Source: Alphaproteobacteria bacterium (lineage in GTDB: Bacteria > Pseudomonadota > Alphaproteobacteria > MPNO01 > UBA830). Taken from it: a stretch of 64,000 nt of DNA. The stretch is from assembly GCA_965243135.1 (NCBI GenBank), contig OZ251539.1:1120001-1184000 (forward strand). Reading direction: 5' to 3'. The translations under genes were made by a program, and so were the position numbers. The notes beneath the pieces are model-generated. The model did no database searches. It saw nothing but the letters and a program-made list of their open reading frames with translations, and was not told where the DNA came from. This document shows, piece by piece, positions 9,181 through 19,891 of the stretch; the stretch's first letter is position 1; each line of letters starts with the position of its first letter.

Positions 9181-10404
9181 CTATCGATCGAAATCGAAGA
9201 TCCGTTTCGCGTTGAGTCCGAGAATGTTTCGCTTGGCCTGCTCGTCGAGGAACGGCAGATCCCAGATCACGCTCGGCGTGTCGAAATCGTAGTGCGGCCA
9301 GTCCGAGGCGTAGAGCAACTGGGTTCGCGCGTTGATCATCTCGAAGGTCAGTTCCAGCGCCTTGGGATGGTCGGTCTCCATGGGCTGACAGGTGTAGTAC
9401 ATCTCCTTCATGTACTCGCTCGGCATCTTCTTGAGCACCGGCGCTTCGGACGAGCGCATCAGGTACGTGTGGTCGAGCCGCTGCATGAGCCACGGAACCC
9501 AGGCGAGGCCGGACTCGATCCAGACCACGTCGAGTCCGGGAAACCTCTCGGGCAACCCGTTCATGATCCAGTTGGTCATGTGCACCACGTTGCACCACAC
9601 GAACGACAGCGCGTGCATGGACCCGAAGCGGTTGATCTGCATCATGAAGGGATCCTGCCAGTAGTATCCGGCGTGGAAGCCGATGGGCAGGCCGCGCTCC
9701 TCCAGCGCCCGATAGACCTTCATGTAGTGATTGTGGTGGACGGCCTTGTAACGCACCGAAGTCACCATGAACCCGACGCAGCCCGGCGCGTCCCCGAATT
9801 CCTCGATGGTTTCGAGCGCCGACTCCGGATCGTTGAACGGCAGAAACATCATGGTCTTGAGCCGTTTGTCCTTGGTCAGGATGTTGTCCACCTGCCAGCG
9901 GTTGTAGGCCTTTCCGAGCACCGCTTCCATGTCGAACTGGGGATGCATTCCGAGAAACAGCATGGGCGTCGGGAACACGATCTGCACATTGATGCCCATC
10001 GCCTCGTAGGCGCGTTTGGCGAGCACGAGATCGCGATGCCCGCCCGCCGCCTTGATGTCGCTTTCGTCGACATGTTCGCCGCGGGCCGCCTGGTGCGGAA
10101 TGCGGCCGCCGACGTCCTGATAGCGCATCGCCAGATCGCCGTTCAACCCGTAGGGAGGCGTGCCGGATCGATGGAACACCATCTCGCGCGCGTTCTCCCG
10201 AACGACCGGATCGTCGATGTAGCCGATGATCTCGCGCCACGATTCGGTTTCGGTGTGATGCGAATCGATGTCGACGATGAACACGTCGTCGAAGTTGCGT
10301 TCGTCCGCCTGCTTGCGCGCCTTCGCCAGGACGTCGCGCGAATCCGTGTAGGTCGTGATTTCCCTGACGGTGTTTTCCCGTACCGGTTCGATGCCCGTAT
10401 CCAT
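9181..10404 (-). CDS. Amidohydrolase_2 family protein (candidate amidohydrolase-related dinuclear oxygenase)
   Basis: DIDSHHTE, AYNRW, GFHA, ERFPGL...WIESG..W, YASDWPHYDFD. Confidence 0.85.
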   Translation of the reverse strand: MDTGIEPVRENTVREITTYTDSRDVLAKARKQADERNFDDVFIVDIDSHHTETESWREIIGYIDDPVVRENAREMVFHRSGTPPYGLNGDLAMRYQDVGGRIPHQAARGEHVDESDIKAAGGHRDLVLAKRAYEAMGINVQIVFPTPMLFLGMHPQFDMEAVLGKAYNRWQVDNILTKDKRLKTMMFLPFNDPESALETIEEFGDAPGCVGFMVTSVRYKAVHHNHYMKVYRALEERGLPIGFHAGYYWQDPFMMQINRFGSMHALSFVWCNVVHMTNWIMNGLPERFPGLDVVWIESGLAWVPWLMQRLDHTYLMRSSEAPVLKKMPSEYMKEMYYTCQPMETDHPKALELTFEMINARTQLLYASDWPHYDFDTPSVIWDLPFLDEQAKRNILGLNAKRIFDFDR

Positions 10405-10450
10405 CAGACTCTCCCGTTGGTTCTCCGGCCCGCGGCCGGATGCCGTTGCG

Positions 10451-10765
10451 TCATGCCTCCTCGCCCGGCCGCGGCCTTCCGAACCACATGGCGAGGTCGA
10501 ACGTCGATAGGTTGACGGCGCGCAGCATGTCCGAACAGGTCATTACGACGTCCGTCGCCGTCACGTCCTGCTGGCCGGTATAGGGCGAGAAGAAGCGCTC
10601 TTCCATCTCGACCTTGTTGGCGAACAGCCTCGTGCCCGCGGTCAACAGCCGCTGCACCGTTTCGTCCGGTATGGCCTCGGTGTCGCCGTCGTCGAGCGCC
10701 CTGCGGGCGATGTTCAGCGCCGTCGCCGCCGCGGCGTCGAGCGCCGCCAGTTCAGACGGCGACAT
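10451..10765 (-). CDS. Small hypothetical protein of the amidohydrolase/Rieske operon
   Basis: 104 aa ORF between Rieske and amidohydrolase genes; VTATDVV...MLRAVNLSTFDLAMW; GGAG RBS. Confidence 0.7.
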   Translation of the reverse strand: MSPSELAALDAAAATALNIARRALDDGDTEAIPDETVQRLLTAGTRLFANKVEMEERFFSPYTGQQDVTATDVVMTCSDMLRAVNLSTFDLAMWFGRPRPGEEA

Positions 10766-11120
10766 AGACTTCTCCGTCCCTGACCGACACCGCATAGGGC
10801 TTCAGGCGAACGTTCCTGCTGCCCGGATGGCGGCCCGTCTTCACGTTGTATTCGAAGCCGTGCCAGGGGCACACGATGTGCACGTCGGTCTCCGAGAACT
10901 TGAGGCCGTGCGCCGTCTTTTCGGTCTCGTGGATGATCTCTTCGACCCGGTTGATGATCTTCCCCTGGCACGCGGGGCCGCCTTGGTGGGCGCAATTGTT
11001 CTCGTAGGCGTAGAATTCGCCGTCGACATGGAACACCCCGATTTCCAGATCGCCTTGCGCGATGATTCTGCGATCCCGGTCTCCGAATTCTTCGGTCCTT
11101 CCCACGTAAAGTTCCGCCAC
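10752..11120 (-). CDS. Rieske [2Fe-2S] ferredoxin
   Basis: NNCAHQGGP...VCPWHGFEY; GTG start with AGGAG RBS. Confidence 0.9.
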   Translation of the reverse strand: MAELYVGRTEEFGDRDRRIIAQGDLEIGVFHVDGEFYAYENNCAHQGGPACQGKIINRVEEIIHETEKTAHGLKFSETDVHIVCPWHGFEYNVKTGRHPGSRNVRLKPYAVSVRDGEVYVAV

Positions 11121-11257
11121 TTTCGCTTCTCCTTCTGCCGAAGCCGCCTTGCGGTTCAGACGCGCTTTCGGAGATCGTACAACAAACGCGGGGAAACGCC
11201 AACTTCGGGCGCCGCGCGGCGCGACGGAGCGGCGCTTCGGCGCGGAAGAGGCCCGGC

Positions 11258-12238
11258 TCAGGCGGCGGCGATTTCCGAGAGCAACGCCGGGTCGACGTTG
11301 CCGCCCGACAACACGACGCAAACCGTCCGCCCGGCGACGTCGGGCCTGCCGCGAAGCGCCGCCGCGAGCCCCGCCGCGCCGCCGGGTTCGGTCGCCAGGC
11401 AAGCGTCCACAAGCGCGGCTTTCATCGCCGCCTTCACTTCCGCGTCCGACACGGCGACCGCGCCGGCCAGCAGCGCGCGATTGATCTCGAACGTCAGTTC
11501 TCCCGGCGTCGGAACCAGCAGCGCGTCGCAAATCGACGCGGCGCCGGGCGGATTGGCGGTCCGCGCGCCGGACTCCAGCGATCGCCGGGTATCGTCGAAT
11601 CCCTCGGGTTCCGCGGCGTAGATCTCGACATCCGGCCAACTGTCGCGCAACGCGATCGCGCATCCGGCGACGAGGCCCCCGCCGGAGCACGGGACGATCG
11701 CCATGCTTGGTACGACGCCGATTTCGGCGCATTGCTCCACGATTTCGAGACCCACCGTGCCCTGGCCGGCGACGACGTCGGCGTGGTCGTAGGGCGGTAT
11801 CGGAACCGCGCCGGTGCGGGCGGCGATCTCGGCGGCGGCGGCCTCGCGCTCTCCGCGTTCGCGGAGCACGACGGTCGCGCCGTAGGCCTCGGTCCTGTCG
11901 ATCTTGATGCGGGGCGCGTCCGACGGCATCACGATCGTCGCGCGGATTCCCAGCCGCCGCGCCGCGGCCGCGACGGCCTGCGCGTGATTGCCGGACGAAA
12001 AGGTCGTCACGCCGCGGGCGCGCTCCGCGCCGGACAGTTGCGACATGCGGTTCCAGGCGCCCCTGATCTTGAACGCGCGCATGGGCTGGAACGTCTCGCA
12101 CTTGAGGAGAAGGCGCGCCCCGGCCCGGTCGTTCAGCGCCTCGAATTCCAGCAAGGGCGTCCGGACGGCCACGCCCTCGAGCCGGGCCGCGGCGGCGCGA
12201 ACGTCGGCGATCGACGGGAGGCGGTCAGCGGACGGCAA
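11258..12238 (-). CDS. PLP-dependent threonine/serine dehydratase family
   Basis: AFKIRGA, FSSGNHAQ, AGQGT, SGGGL, LSGGNVD; start approximate (TTG). Confidence 0.88.
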   Translation of the reverse strand: MPSADRLPSIADVRAAAARLEGVAVRTPLLEFEALNDRAGARLLLKCETFQPMRAFKIRGAWNRMSQLSGAERARGVTTFSSGNHAQAVAAAARRLGIRATIVMPSDAPRIKIDRTEAYGATVVLRERGEREAAAAEIAARTGAVPIPPYDHADVVAGQGTVGLEIVEQCAEIGVVPSMAIVPCSGGGLVAGCAIALRDSWPDVEIYAAEPEGFDDTRRSLESGARTANPPGAASICDALLVPTPGELTFEINRALLAGAVAVSDAEVKAAMKAALVDACLATEPGGAAGLAAALRGRPDVAGRTVCVVLSGGNVDPALLSEIAAA

Positions 12239-13076
12239 GGAACTCGTCCAGCACCGCGCGCGCTTCCGGTTCGCCCAGGGTCGGCGCATGGCCCGTTCCC
12301 GGAATTTCGCGCGCGGTCAGATCGGGCTTCGCTTTCCGCATGCGCTCGAAGCAGGCTCGCGAAAGGATATCCGAACGCTCCCCGCGCAGGAGCAGGACCG
12401 GCACGTTGCGCAGCGTTCGGAACAGGGGCCACATGTCGGGGATCTCGTAGGAGGGCCTGAGCATCGGCTTCGCGACGTTCACGTCCCAGTCGAAACGCAG
12501 CTTGCCGTCCTCGCACCGGCGAAAGGTGTTCTGCGCCATCCGCAGCCACGAGGCTTCGTTCTGGAACGCGAGATTCGGCATCGCCCGCTTGATCGTCGCG
12601 ACCGCTTCTTCCCAGTCGCGCTGCGGGCGGTCCTTGCGAATGTAGCGAAGGATATGGCCCATGCCTTCCGTTTCCACTTCCGGCCCGACGTCGTTCAGCA
12701 CGGCGCCGGCCAGCGCGCCCGGCTGGGTCGCGCCCATGGCCATGGCCAGAATTCCTCCGAGGGAGGTGCCGACGACGACGACCTCGTGAACGTTCAGGGC
12801 GGCGAGAAGGTCCTGAATGTCGCGCAAGTAGGCGCGCGGATCGTAGTTTCTCCAGTTCCGATCGTAGTCCGAGCGGCCGCGTCCCCTGTAATCCGGGCAT
12901 ATCGCCCGCCGGCCGTCGCCGCTTTGCCATTCCGCGAACGAATCGAAGTCGCTGGAATTGCGCGTCAGCCCGCCCAGGCACAGCAGCGCGGGACGCGCGT
13001 CGAGCGGATCGCCGTAATCCCGGACGTAGAGGGAAAGGTCGTCGTGGGACGCGACGCGGCGTTCGCGGAACGGCAT
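12225..13076 (-). CDS. Alpha/beta hydrolase
   Basis: GLTRN, DYRGRGRS, GTSLGG nucleophile elbow, GHAP. Confidence 0.9.
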   Translation of the reverse strand: MPFRERRVASHDDLSLYVRDYGDPLDARPALLCLGGLTRNSSDFDSFAEWQSGDGRRAICPDYRGRGRSDYDRNWRNYDPRAYLRDIQDLLAALNVHEVVVVGTSLGGILAMAMGATQPGALAGAVLNDVGPEVETEGMGHILRYIRKDRPQRDWEEAVATIKRAMPNLAFQNEASWLRMAQNTFRRCEDGKLRFDWDVNVAKPMLRPSYEIPDMWPLFRTLRNVPVLLLRGERSDILSRACFERMRKAKPDLTAREIPGTGHAPTLGEPEARAVLDEFLAVR

Positions 13077-13081
13077 TGCGG

Positions 13082-13756
13082 TCAGAGCCCGAGAATTTCC
13101 GGCAGTTCCGTCAGGGTCCCGATCTCCGCCCGGGGCGGGGCGGGCAGCCGTTCGGGCGGCTCGCCGGTCCGGTTGATCCAGACGGCCGCGAAGCCGAACG
13201 CGCCGGCTCCGTGGACGTCCCAACCGTTCGAGGAGAGGAAAGCGATTCGCTCGGGAGGGACCTTGAGTCGGTCGGCGGCCAACCGGTACGCGGAGGGGTG
13301 GGGCTTGTACATGCCCGCGCTCTCCACCGAGAGAATCAGGTCGAACATCGGATAGACGTCCGCGTTCTTGGCCGCGGCGATCAGCATCGACATGTCGCCG
13401 TTCGACAGGATCGCCGTCTTCCTGCCGCCCGCCTTCAGCCGGCCCAGCGCGTCGCGGGCGTCGGGATAGGCCGCGAGCCGGAGATAGAGCTCCATCAAGC
13501 GCGCCCGCAGCCCCGGATCCTCCATGTCGAGCCGATGCATGGCGTAGTCCAGCGCGTCGCCCGTAATTTGCCAGAAGCTGTCGTGCCGTCCCATCAGGCT
13601 TCTGAGCCAAGTGTAGCGGAGCTGCCTTTCGCGCCATATGGCGGACAGGGCGTCGGCCTCGTCTCCGAGTTCGCCCCTGAGCCGCGCCGCCGCCGAATGG
13701 ACGTCGAACAACGTGCCGTAGGCGTCGAATACGCAGGCTTCGATTTCGTCGAACAT
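13082..13756 (-). CDS. Haloacid dehalogenase type II
   Basis: FDAYGTLFD, ILSNG, YKPHP..Y, SSNGWD. Confidence 0.92.
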   Translation of the reverse strand: MFDEIEACVFDAYGTLFDVHSAAARLRGELGDEADALSAIWRERQLRYTWLRSLMGRHDSFWQITGDALDYAMHRLDMEDPGLRARLMELYLRLAAYPDARDALGRLKAGGRKTAILSNGDMSMLIAAAKNADVYPMFDLILSVESAGMYKPHPSAYRLAADRLKVPPERIAFLSSNGWDVHGAGAFGFAAVWINRTGEPPERLPAPPRAEIGTLTELPEILGL

Positions 13757-13813
13757 GGAAAGCCTCCCCTGCCGGGTCGAATCTAGCTTGGCTCCCGGAG
13801 GGCGGCAACGACG

Positions 13814-15865
13814 CTATCGGCGAAGGTCCTCGACGATCGTCGCGACGGCTTTCTTTTTTCCCGACATCGCGCGGTAGACCTGCAGGGCTTCCAGCACGCG
13901 CTGAACGTAGTTCCGGGTTTCCGGATAGGGCAGAGCCTCGATCCAGTCGATCCAGTCGAGGACGCCGCCGCCGCGGGGGTCGCCATACTTCCCGATCCAG
14001 CGCGTCACGGCGGCGGGACCCGCGTTGTAGGCGGCGATCGCGAGCGCGTACGAGCCGTCGAAGATCCCGAGCATCCGCGAGAGGTAGGCGCGCCCAAGCC
14101 GCAGGTTGTAGGCGGGATCCGCGGTCAGGCGATCGCGCGAAAAACGAATCTTCAATCCGCGGGCCGTTTCGCGCGCCGTTTCGGGCTTGATCTGCATAAG
14201 CCCGCGAGCGTTCGCGGAGCTGATCGCGTCGGGCCGGAAGTTGCTTTCCTGGCGGATCAGGGCGAGGACCAGCTCGCGCTCCGCGGGCGCGCCGGCGATC
14301 TTCATCGCCGGATAGGCGATTTCCGGAAGGCGCAATCCTTCGCGATAGGCGCGGCGGCCCGCCAGCACCGCGATGTCGGGATGTCCGACGGCCGCCGCCA
14401 GGCGGGCGGTCTGCACGAGCCGCTCGGGGTCGGGGGTCAACAGCCGGCGGAGGAACGGCCGGGAACGGTCGGCGGCGCCGATCTCCTTCAGCATGAGCGC
14501 GGCGCGAACCCGCTCGTCGCGGCGAAAGCGGACGGTTTGCGCAGGGGTGGGGCGGACGTCCTGCCGCTTCAGCGCGAGAGGGAGGCCGGCTTCCGCGATC
14601 GCGAGTAGGCCGTAGAACGTCGTTTCGTGGCGGCCGGCTTCGCGAAAGCGGGCGGCGGCCGTTTTTCGATCGTTCGCCTCCTTCGCCGCCCGTCCCGCCC
14701 AATAGGCGGCGCGCGCCTTGCTGATGGGGCGTTTCACGCTTCGCCGCATCGTCTCGAAATGACGGGCCGCGGTCTCCGGCTTGCGGAGAAAGCGCAACGC
14801 GATCCACCCGAGAAACCACTCCGCGTGCGCGAAGCGCGCGCCTTCCGAGAAGCCGTGCCCGGCGGCGAGCCGATAGGCCTTCGACGCCTGGCCTTCGACG
14901 ATCAGTTCGCGCGCGGCGATGGATCGTTCCGTCCACCATTTTTCCGGATGCGGGGCGGTCGCGGGGACCTTTCGAAGCAGATCCAGGGCGCTTTCCGCGA
15001 GGCCTTTGCGGCGCCGCCAGCGGACCCTTTCGTAGACGAGGCCGGGGTGATCCCGCAGCGACGCCGGCACCCGCCGGATGAGGCGGTCCACGCCGCCGCG
15101 GAGAGCGCTCAGCGCCATCCGGGCTTCGGCGAGGGCCCGGACCGGCCTCGCGACCCGGCGAACGACCCGCTTGGCCTGGGCGAAGCTGCCGCGCCACAGC
15201 AGGCGGTCGAGGCGCGCCGCGTGATCGGATTTGCGGAGATGGCGACCGAACCGCCGGCGGAAATCGCGATCCTGCGTCCTGCCGAACGCCGAGGAGATCC
15301 AGGTTTCGCGAACCAGCGAACGGACGTCGCGACCGGCCGCGATGGAAGCGTCGATCAGCCGCAAGCGACCGTCCGTGGTCGTGGGCGGATGCTTTTCGAA
15401 CCATTTCAGGAGGTCGCGGGCGGACGCCTCGCCGATCGGAGATCTTTCGGCGGCCCGGCGCAGGACCGGCAGGCGCGGCCATTCCGGATTGCGTTCGACG
15501 AAGGACGCGATTTCCGAGAACGTCCGGCGGGTGTCCGGCCGCGTCATGTCGAGCCAGAGCAGCACCTTGGCGGGCAGGCGTTCCCGCGCGGAGCGGGCCA
15601 GCCGGTGCGCCTTCGGCCAGTCGTTCCGCTCCGCCGCGGCGAACGCCAGGGAATAAGCGGCCTTGTCGGCTTTCGACAGCAGTTCGCCGGCGGTCGGCGC
15701 GCCGCACAGGCAAAGGGCCGCGGTCGCGAGAAGAGTCCGGCATCGCCGGAACGACGCTCGACCGGCGACCGTTCGCGGCGCGGTCCGCGCCGTTCCCGCG
15801 CCTTTCGACTTCCGCGGCCGTTCCTGCCGCGCCGAACGGGCGGGCCCGCATGTTTCGCTCGACAT
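13814..15865 (-). CDS. Soluble lytic murein transglycosylase (Slt family); start uncertain
   Basis: IRQESNF, GLMQ, AAYNAG, PYPETRNYVQRV; divergent from dapA as usual in Alphaproteobacteria. Confidence 0.9.
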   Translation of the reverse strand: MSSETCGPARSARQERPRKSKGAGTARTAPRTVAGRASFRRCRTLLATAALCLCGAPTAGELLSKADKAAYSLAFAAAERNDWPKAHRLARSARERLPAKVLLWLDMTRPDTRRTFSEIASFVERNPEWPRLPVLRRAAERSPIGEASARDLLKWFEKHPPTTTDGRLRLIDASIAAGRDVRSLVRETWISSAFGRTQDRDFRRRFGRHLRKSDHAARLDRLLWRGSFAQAKRVVRRVARPVRALAEARMALSALRGGVDRLIRRVPASLRDHPGLVYERVRWRRRKGLAESALDLLRKVPATAPHPEKWWTERSIAARELIVEGQASKAYRLAAGHGFSEGARFAHAEWFLGWIALRFLRKPETAARHFETMRRSVKRPISKARAAYWAGRAAKEANDRKTAAARFREAGRHETTFYGLLAIAEAGLPLALKRQDVRPTPAQTVRFRRDERVRAALMLKEIGAADRSRPFLRRLLTPDPERLVQTARLAAAVGHPDIAVLAGRRAYREGLRLPEIAYPAMKIAGAPAERELVLALIRQESNFRPDAISSANARGLMQIKPETARETARGLKIRFSRDRLTADPAYNLRLGRAYLSRMLGIFDGSYALAIAAYNAGPAAVTRWIGKYGDPRGGGVLDWIDWIEALPYPETRNYVQRVLEALQVYRAMSGKKKAVATIVEDLRR

Positions 15866-16046
15866 TTCGGGGGCCTGCGAACCTCCGGCGGCTTCGTCGC
15901 GCCGCCAGGGCCCGGACGCCCGCGCGCACGATGAGAGCCGCCTACTTACGCCGTTTCCTTCGCGAACGCGAATTCTCCCGCCGCCGCTTGCCGGAGATTC
16001 CCGCGGGCGCTAGTCTGCCGGACGTCGAAATTTCTTGGAGGCTGCC

Positions 16047-16919
16047 ATGTTCAGCGGTTCCATCTGCGCGCTGATCACGCCGTTTCGCGACGGCGCCGTC
16101 GACGAAAAGGCCTTCGGCGCGCTGGTCGAGTGGCAGATCGAAGAGGGCACGCACGGGCTGGTGCCGGTGGGCACGACCGGAGAATCGCCGACCCTCAGCC
16201 ACGCGGAGCACAAGCGCGTCGTCGAGCTTTGCATCGAAGTCGCGGACGAGCGCGTGCCGGTCATCGCCGGCGCAGGCTCCAATTCCACGGCCGAAGCGTT
16301 GGATCTGGCGATGCACGCGAAAAGCGCCGGCGCCGACGCGGCGCTGGTCGTGACCCCTTACTACAACAAGCCAACGCAGGAAGGCCTCTACCGCCATTTC
16401 GAGGCGCTCGACGGCGTCGGGCTCCCGATCGTCATCTACAACATCCCCGGCCGGTCGGTGATCGACATGTCGGTGGAAACCATGGCCCGTTGCGCTCGGC
16501 TGGAGAACGTCGTCGGCGTGAAGGACGCGACCGCCGCCGTGGGCCGCGCGACGCAGCAGAGGATCGCCTGCGGCGAGCGATTTTGCCAGCTTTCCGGCGA
16601 GGACGTCACGCAGATCGGCTTCCTCGCGCAGGGCGGCGACGGGTGCATATCGGTAACCGCCAACGTCGCGCCGAAGCTGATGTCCGAAATGCACGAAGCC
16701 TGGCGGGGCGGCGACGTGGGGGAGGCGCAGCGCATCAACGAGCGGCTTACGCCCCTGCATGTCGACCTGTTCTGCGAGTCCAATCCGGGGCCGGTCAAGT
16801 ACGGCGCGAGCCTCCTGGGCAGATGCGCGGAGGAGGTTCGGTTGCCGCTGGCTCCGCTCGGCGCCGACGCGCGCGGGAAGGTGGAGCGGGCGATGCGGCA
16901 TGCGGGCCTGCTGAACTGA
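16047..16919 (+). CDS. dapA: 4-hydroxy-tetrahydrodipicolinate synthase
   Basis: GTTGES, PYYNKP, YNIPGR, GVKDAT, NPGPVK. Confidence 0.96.
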   Translation: MFSGSICALITPFRDGAVDEKAFGALVEWQIEEGTHGLVPVGTTGESPTLSHAEHKRVVELCIEVADERVPVIAGAGSNSTAEALDLAMHAKSAGADAALVVTPYYNKPTQEGLYRHFEALDGVGLPIVIYNIPGRSVIDMSVETMARCARLENVVGVKDATAAVGRATQQRIACGERFCQLSGEDVTQIGFLAQGGDGCISVTANVAPKLMSEMHEAWRGGDVGEAQRINERLTPLHVDLFCESNPGPVKYGASLLGRCAEEVRLPLAPLGADARGKVERAMRHAGLLN

Positions 16920-17383
16920 TGCCCGACGCCGCGCAGCGGCTCGTCGTCAGGAACCGGAAGGCCCGGCACGACTACCGCATCGAGGAAGCCGTCGAAGCGG
17001 GACTCGTGCTCACGGGGAGCGAGGTCAAGGCCTTGCGCGAAGGGCGCGCGAACATCGCGGAATCATACGCCCGCGCCTCCCGGGGAGAAATCTGGCTGAT
17101 CGACGCCCACATCCCCGAATACCGGCAGGCGGGGCGGTTCAACCACGAGCCCCGCCGGCCGCGGAAGCTCCTCTTGAGCAAGCGCGAAATTTCCAGGCTG
17201 GCGGGCGCGGCGGACCGGGAGGGCATGACCCTGGTTCCGCTGAGCCTCTATTTCAATTCCCGGGGCATCGCCAAGCTCGAGCTGGGCCTCGGCAAGGGCA
17301 AGCACCGCTTCGACAAGCGGGAGGACAGCAAGAAGCGCGACTGGCAACGCCAGAAGGCGCGGCTGATGCGGGAAAAGGGCTGA
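16919..17383 (+). CDS. smpB: SsrA-binding protein
   Basis: [25 protein letters not shown]. Confidence 0.96.
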   Translation: MPDAAQRLVVRNRKARHDYRIEEAVEAGLVLTGSEVKALREGRANIAESYARASRGEIWLIDAHIPEYRQAGRFNHEPRRPRKLLLSKREISRLAGAADREGMTLVPLSLYFNSRGIAKLELGLGKGKHRFDKREDSKKRDWQRQKARLMREKG

Positions 17384-17435
17384 GCGGCGGCCGGCTCGCC
17401 GCGCCGTCTCCGGGCGCCGCGGCGGCGGACGGGAA

Positions 17436-18080
17436 TCAGCGCGCGCGCAGCCGTCGCGAGACCGCCCGGAAGACGTCCTCGAACATCTTTTCGGTCAGGC
17501 GGCCGGTGTTGGTGTTGTAGCGCGAGCAATGATAGCTGTCGGCGAGGACGACTCCGCCCGCCAGGTCGTGCGTCGCGCCGTGGGCGAATTTGCGCGCCGC
17601 GCGGCGTTCGCCGAAGGCCGCGAGCGCAGTGTCGTGAGCGACGACGCCGAGCGCGACGACGGCTTTCAGCCGCGCCATCGCCGCGATTTCCGAAACGAGG
17701 AAGCGGCGGCAGGCGGCGATCTCGGCGCCCGTCGGCCTGTTCTCCGGAGGGACGCACCGGACGCCGTTGGCGATCCGGCAATTGACCAGGGACAGGCCAT
17801 CGTCCGGCCGGCGGTCGTAGGTTCCCCGAGCGAATCCGAACTTGATCAAGGTCCGATACAGGAGGTCGCCCGCGAAATCGCCGGTGAAGGGACGTCCGGT
17901 GCGGTTCGCGCCGCGCAGGCCCGGCGCCAGCCCGAGAACCAGGAGTTCGGCGCCGACCGGCCCGAAGGACGGCACCGGAGCGTTATGCCAGCCCGGGAAC
18001 GCCGCCGCGTTCCGCGCGCGATAACCGGAGAGCCGCGGGCACGCCCCGCAATCGGGCGGGGGCGCCTCCGGGAGGATCAT
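17436..18080 (-). CDS. Uracil-DNA glycosylase, family 5-like Fe-S type
   Basis: C..CPRL, GLAPG..GANRTGRPFTGD, RCVPP.N.P, SYHCSRYNTNT. Confidence 0.9.
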   Translation of the reverse strand: MILPEAPPPDCGACPRLSGYRARNAAAFPGWHNAPVPSFGPVGAELLVLGLAPGLRGANRTGRPFTGDFAGDLLYRTLIKFGFARGTYDRRPDDGLSLVNCRIANGVRCVPPENRPTGAEIAACRRFLVSEIAAMARLKAVVALGVVAHDTALAAFGERRAARKFAHGATHDLAGGVVLADSYHCSRYNTNTGRLTEKMFEDVFRAVSRRLRAR

Positions 18081-18718
18081 GCGTCCTCGAGGACTTCTCC
18101 GTCGTCGTAATCCGGGTCGGGGTTGGCCGGCGTCGGTCCTCGGGACGGCGCCTTGCGGACGAAGGCCGGCATGTCCTCGGCGTCGCGGCGTGCTTCGCGG
18201 GCGATGGATTGCGAGATGTCCTGAAGCTCCACGAACGTGTCGGCCTGGCGCCGCAGCTCGTCCGCCGTCATCGGCGGCTGCGACCGAAACGTGCTGACCA
18301 CCGAAACCCTGACGCCCCGCCGCTGAACGGCCTCCACCAGGCGGCGAAAGCCCCCGTCGCCGGAAAACAGGACCGCGTGATCGATATGCTCCGCCATTTC
18401 GAGCATGTCGATCGCGAGTTCGATATCCATGTTGCCCTTGAACCGGCGCCGGCCGGAAGCGTCGACGTGCTCCTTTACGGGCTTGGTGACCATGGTGTAG
18501 CCGTTGTAGTCCAGCCAGTCGATCAGCGGCCGGATCGGCGAATATTCGTTGTCTTCGGCGAGCGCCGTGTAATAGAACGCCCGCAACAGGCGTCCCTTGG
18601 CGCGGAACAGCTCCAGGAGGTTCTTGTAGTCGATGTCGAAGCCGAGGGCGCGGGCGGCCGAATACAGGTTGGGGCCATCGATGAACAGCGCGAGGCGCTC
18701 GTTCTCGTTGAAATGCAT
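18077..18718 (-). CDS. NYN domain protein (LabA/DUF88)
   Basis: FIDG.N, KGNMDIELAID, FSGDG, LRRQAD. Confidence 0.92.
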   Translation of the reverse strand: MHFNENERLALFIDGPNLYSAARALGFDIDYKNLLELFRAKGRLLRAFYYTALAEDNEYSPIRPLIDWLDYNGYTMVTKPVKEHVDASGRRRFKGNMDIELAIDMLEMAEHIDHAVLFSGDGGFRRLVEAVQRRGVRVSVVSTFRSQPPMTADELRRQADTFVELQDISQSIAREARRDAEDMPAFVRKAPSRGPTPANPDPDYDDGEVLEDA

Positions 18719-18814
18719 GGTTTCAATCCTTGGCAGCGAACTGGACGGGATCGGCGATGCGATCGTACCGAACCAAACATATTACCTTTTTGCCTGCGTA
18801 CAAGGGGCGAGGCG

Positions 18815-19312
18815 ATGATTCTCGTCGGGCTGGGATCGAATCTTCCGCATCCGGACATCGGCTGCCCCCGCCGGGTCTGCGAAGCCGCTCTCGGCGCGCT
18901 GTCCGCGGGCGGCGCGACCGTGGAGCGGTTGTCGCGATGGTACCGCAGTTCCCCGCTGCCCGCTTCCGACCAGCCGGACTACGTGAACGGCGTCGCGGCG
19001 GTCGCGACGGCGCTGGACCCCGTAGGCCTGCTCGCCGCGTTGCACGGCGTCGAAGAGCGGCTCGGCAGGACGAGATCCGTCCCCAACGCGGCCCGCGTCC
19101 TGGATCTCGACCTGCTGGCGTATCGCGAAATCGTCAGAACCGGGCCGGAACCTCCCGTTCTGCCGCACCCCCGGCTTGCCGGAAGAGCCTTCGTGCTGTT
19201 GCCGCTCCGGGACGTCGCGCCGGCTTGGCGGCATCCCGCGACGCGGCGGGATATTGCGGACCTGATTCGATCCCTTCCTCCGGAGCAGCGTTGCGTTCCT
19301 TTGCCGCGATGA
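18815..19312 (+). CDS. folK: 2-amino-4-hydroxy-6-hydroxymethyldihydropteridine diphosphokinase
   Basis: [25 protein letters not shown]...RAFVL.PL. Confidence 0.93.
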   Translation: MILVGLGSNLPHPDIGCPRRVCEAALGALSAGGATVERLSRWYRSSPLPASDQPDYVNGVAAVATALDPVGLLAALHGVEERLGRTRSVPNAARVLDLDLLAYREIVRTGPEPPVLPHPRLAGRAFVLLPLRDVAPAWRHPATRRDIADLIRSLPPEQRCVPLPR

Positions 19313-19382
19313 ACCGCCGCTTGCCTGGGGCCGCGGAAAGCCCTATGTTCCGGCCGCTTCCCGAAACTGGAGAATGGAAAAA

Positions 19383-19838
19383 ATGGCGCGGGTTACGGTC
19401 GAAGATTGCGTGGTGAAGGTGCCCAACCGTTTCAAGCTGGTGATGATGGCGGCGCAGCGGTCGCGCACGCTTTCCGTCGGCGTGGAGCCGACCCTGGATC
19501 GCGACAACGACAAGAATCCGGTCGTGGCGCTGCGGGAAATCGCGGAAGAAACGGTTGCGCTCGGGGAAGTCGAGAACGCGCTGATTTCGGGACTTCAGCG
19601 CCACACCGACATCGACGAGCTGGTCGAGGACGATCAGCTCGCCATCACCAACGCCTTGCACGAGGAGTTCGCGAAGCTCGCCGACGCCGGCGAGATCGTG
19701 AAGCCTCCGGTGCAGGAAGAGCACGAGGTTTCCGGGGAGGAGGACGAGGTTCCCGGGGAGGAGGGCGAGGCCGGGTGGTCGGCGTTCGAAGGCGGTTTTC
19801 AGGACGTCGATCCGGAGGAAATCGCCGACGAGGACTGA
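19383..19838 (+). CDS. rpoZ: RNA polymerase omega subunit with acidic tail
   Basis: [26 protein letters not shown]. Confidence 0.95.
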   Translation: MARVTVEDCVVKVPNRFKLVMMAAQRSRTLSVGVEPTLDRDNDKNPVVALREIAEETVALGEVENALISGLQRHTDIDELVEDDQLAITNALHEEFAKLADAGEIVKPPVQEEHEVSGEEDEVPGEEGEAGWSAFEGGFQDVDPEEIADED

Positions 19839-19891
19839 CGAGCCCCCGGCATGGCGGGCGGACGGTCGCGCTTCTCCGCCGGCGTTGCGGC

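Noticed and set aside
12225-15929. 1234-aa ORF
   Set aside because: Stop-poor alternative frame in high-GC DNA; only the last 283 aa (alpha/beta hydrolase) look real
18077-18718. NYN nuclease as a toxin or defence gene
   Set aside because: Conserved core gene next to folK-rpoZ in Alphaproteobacteria
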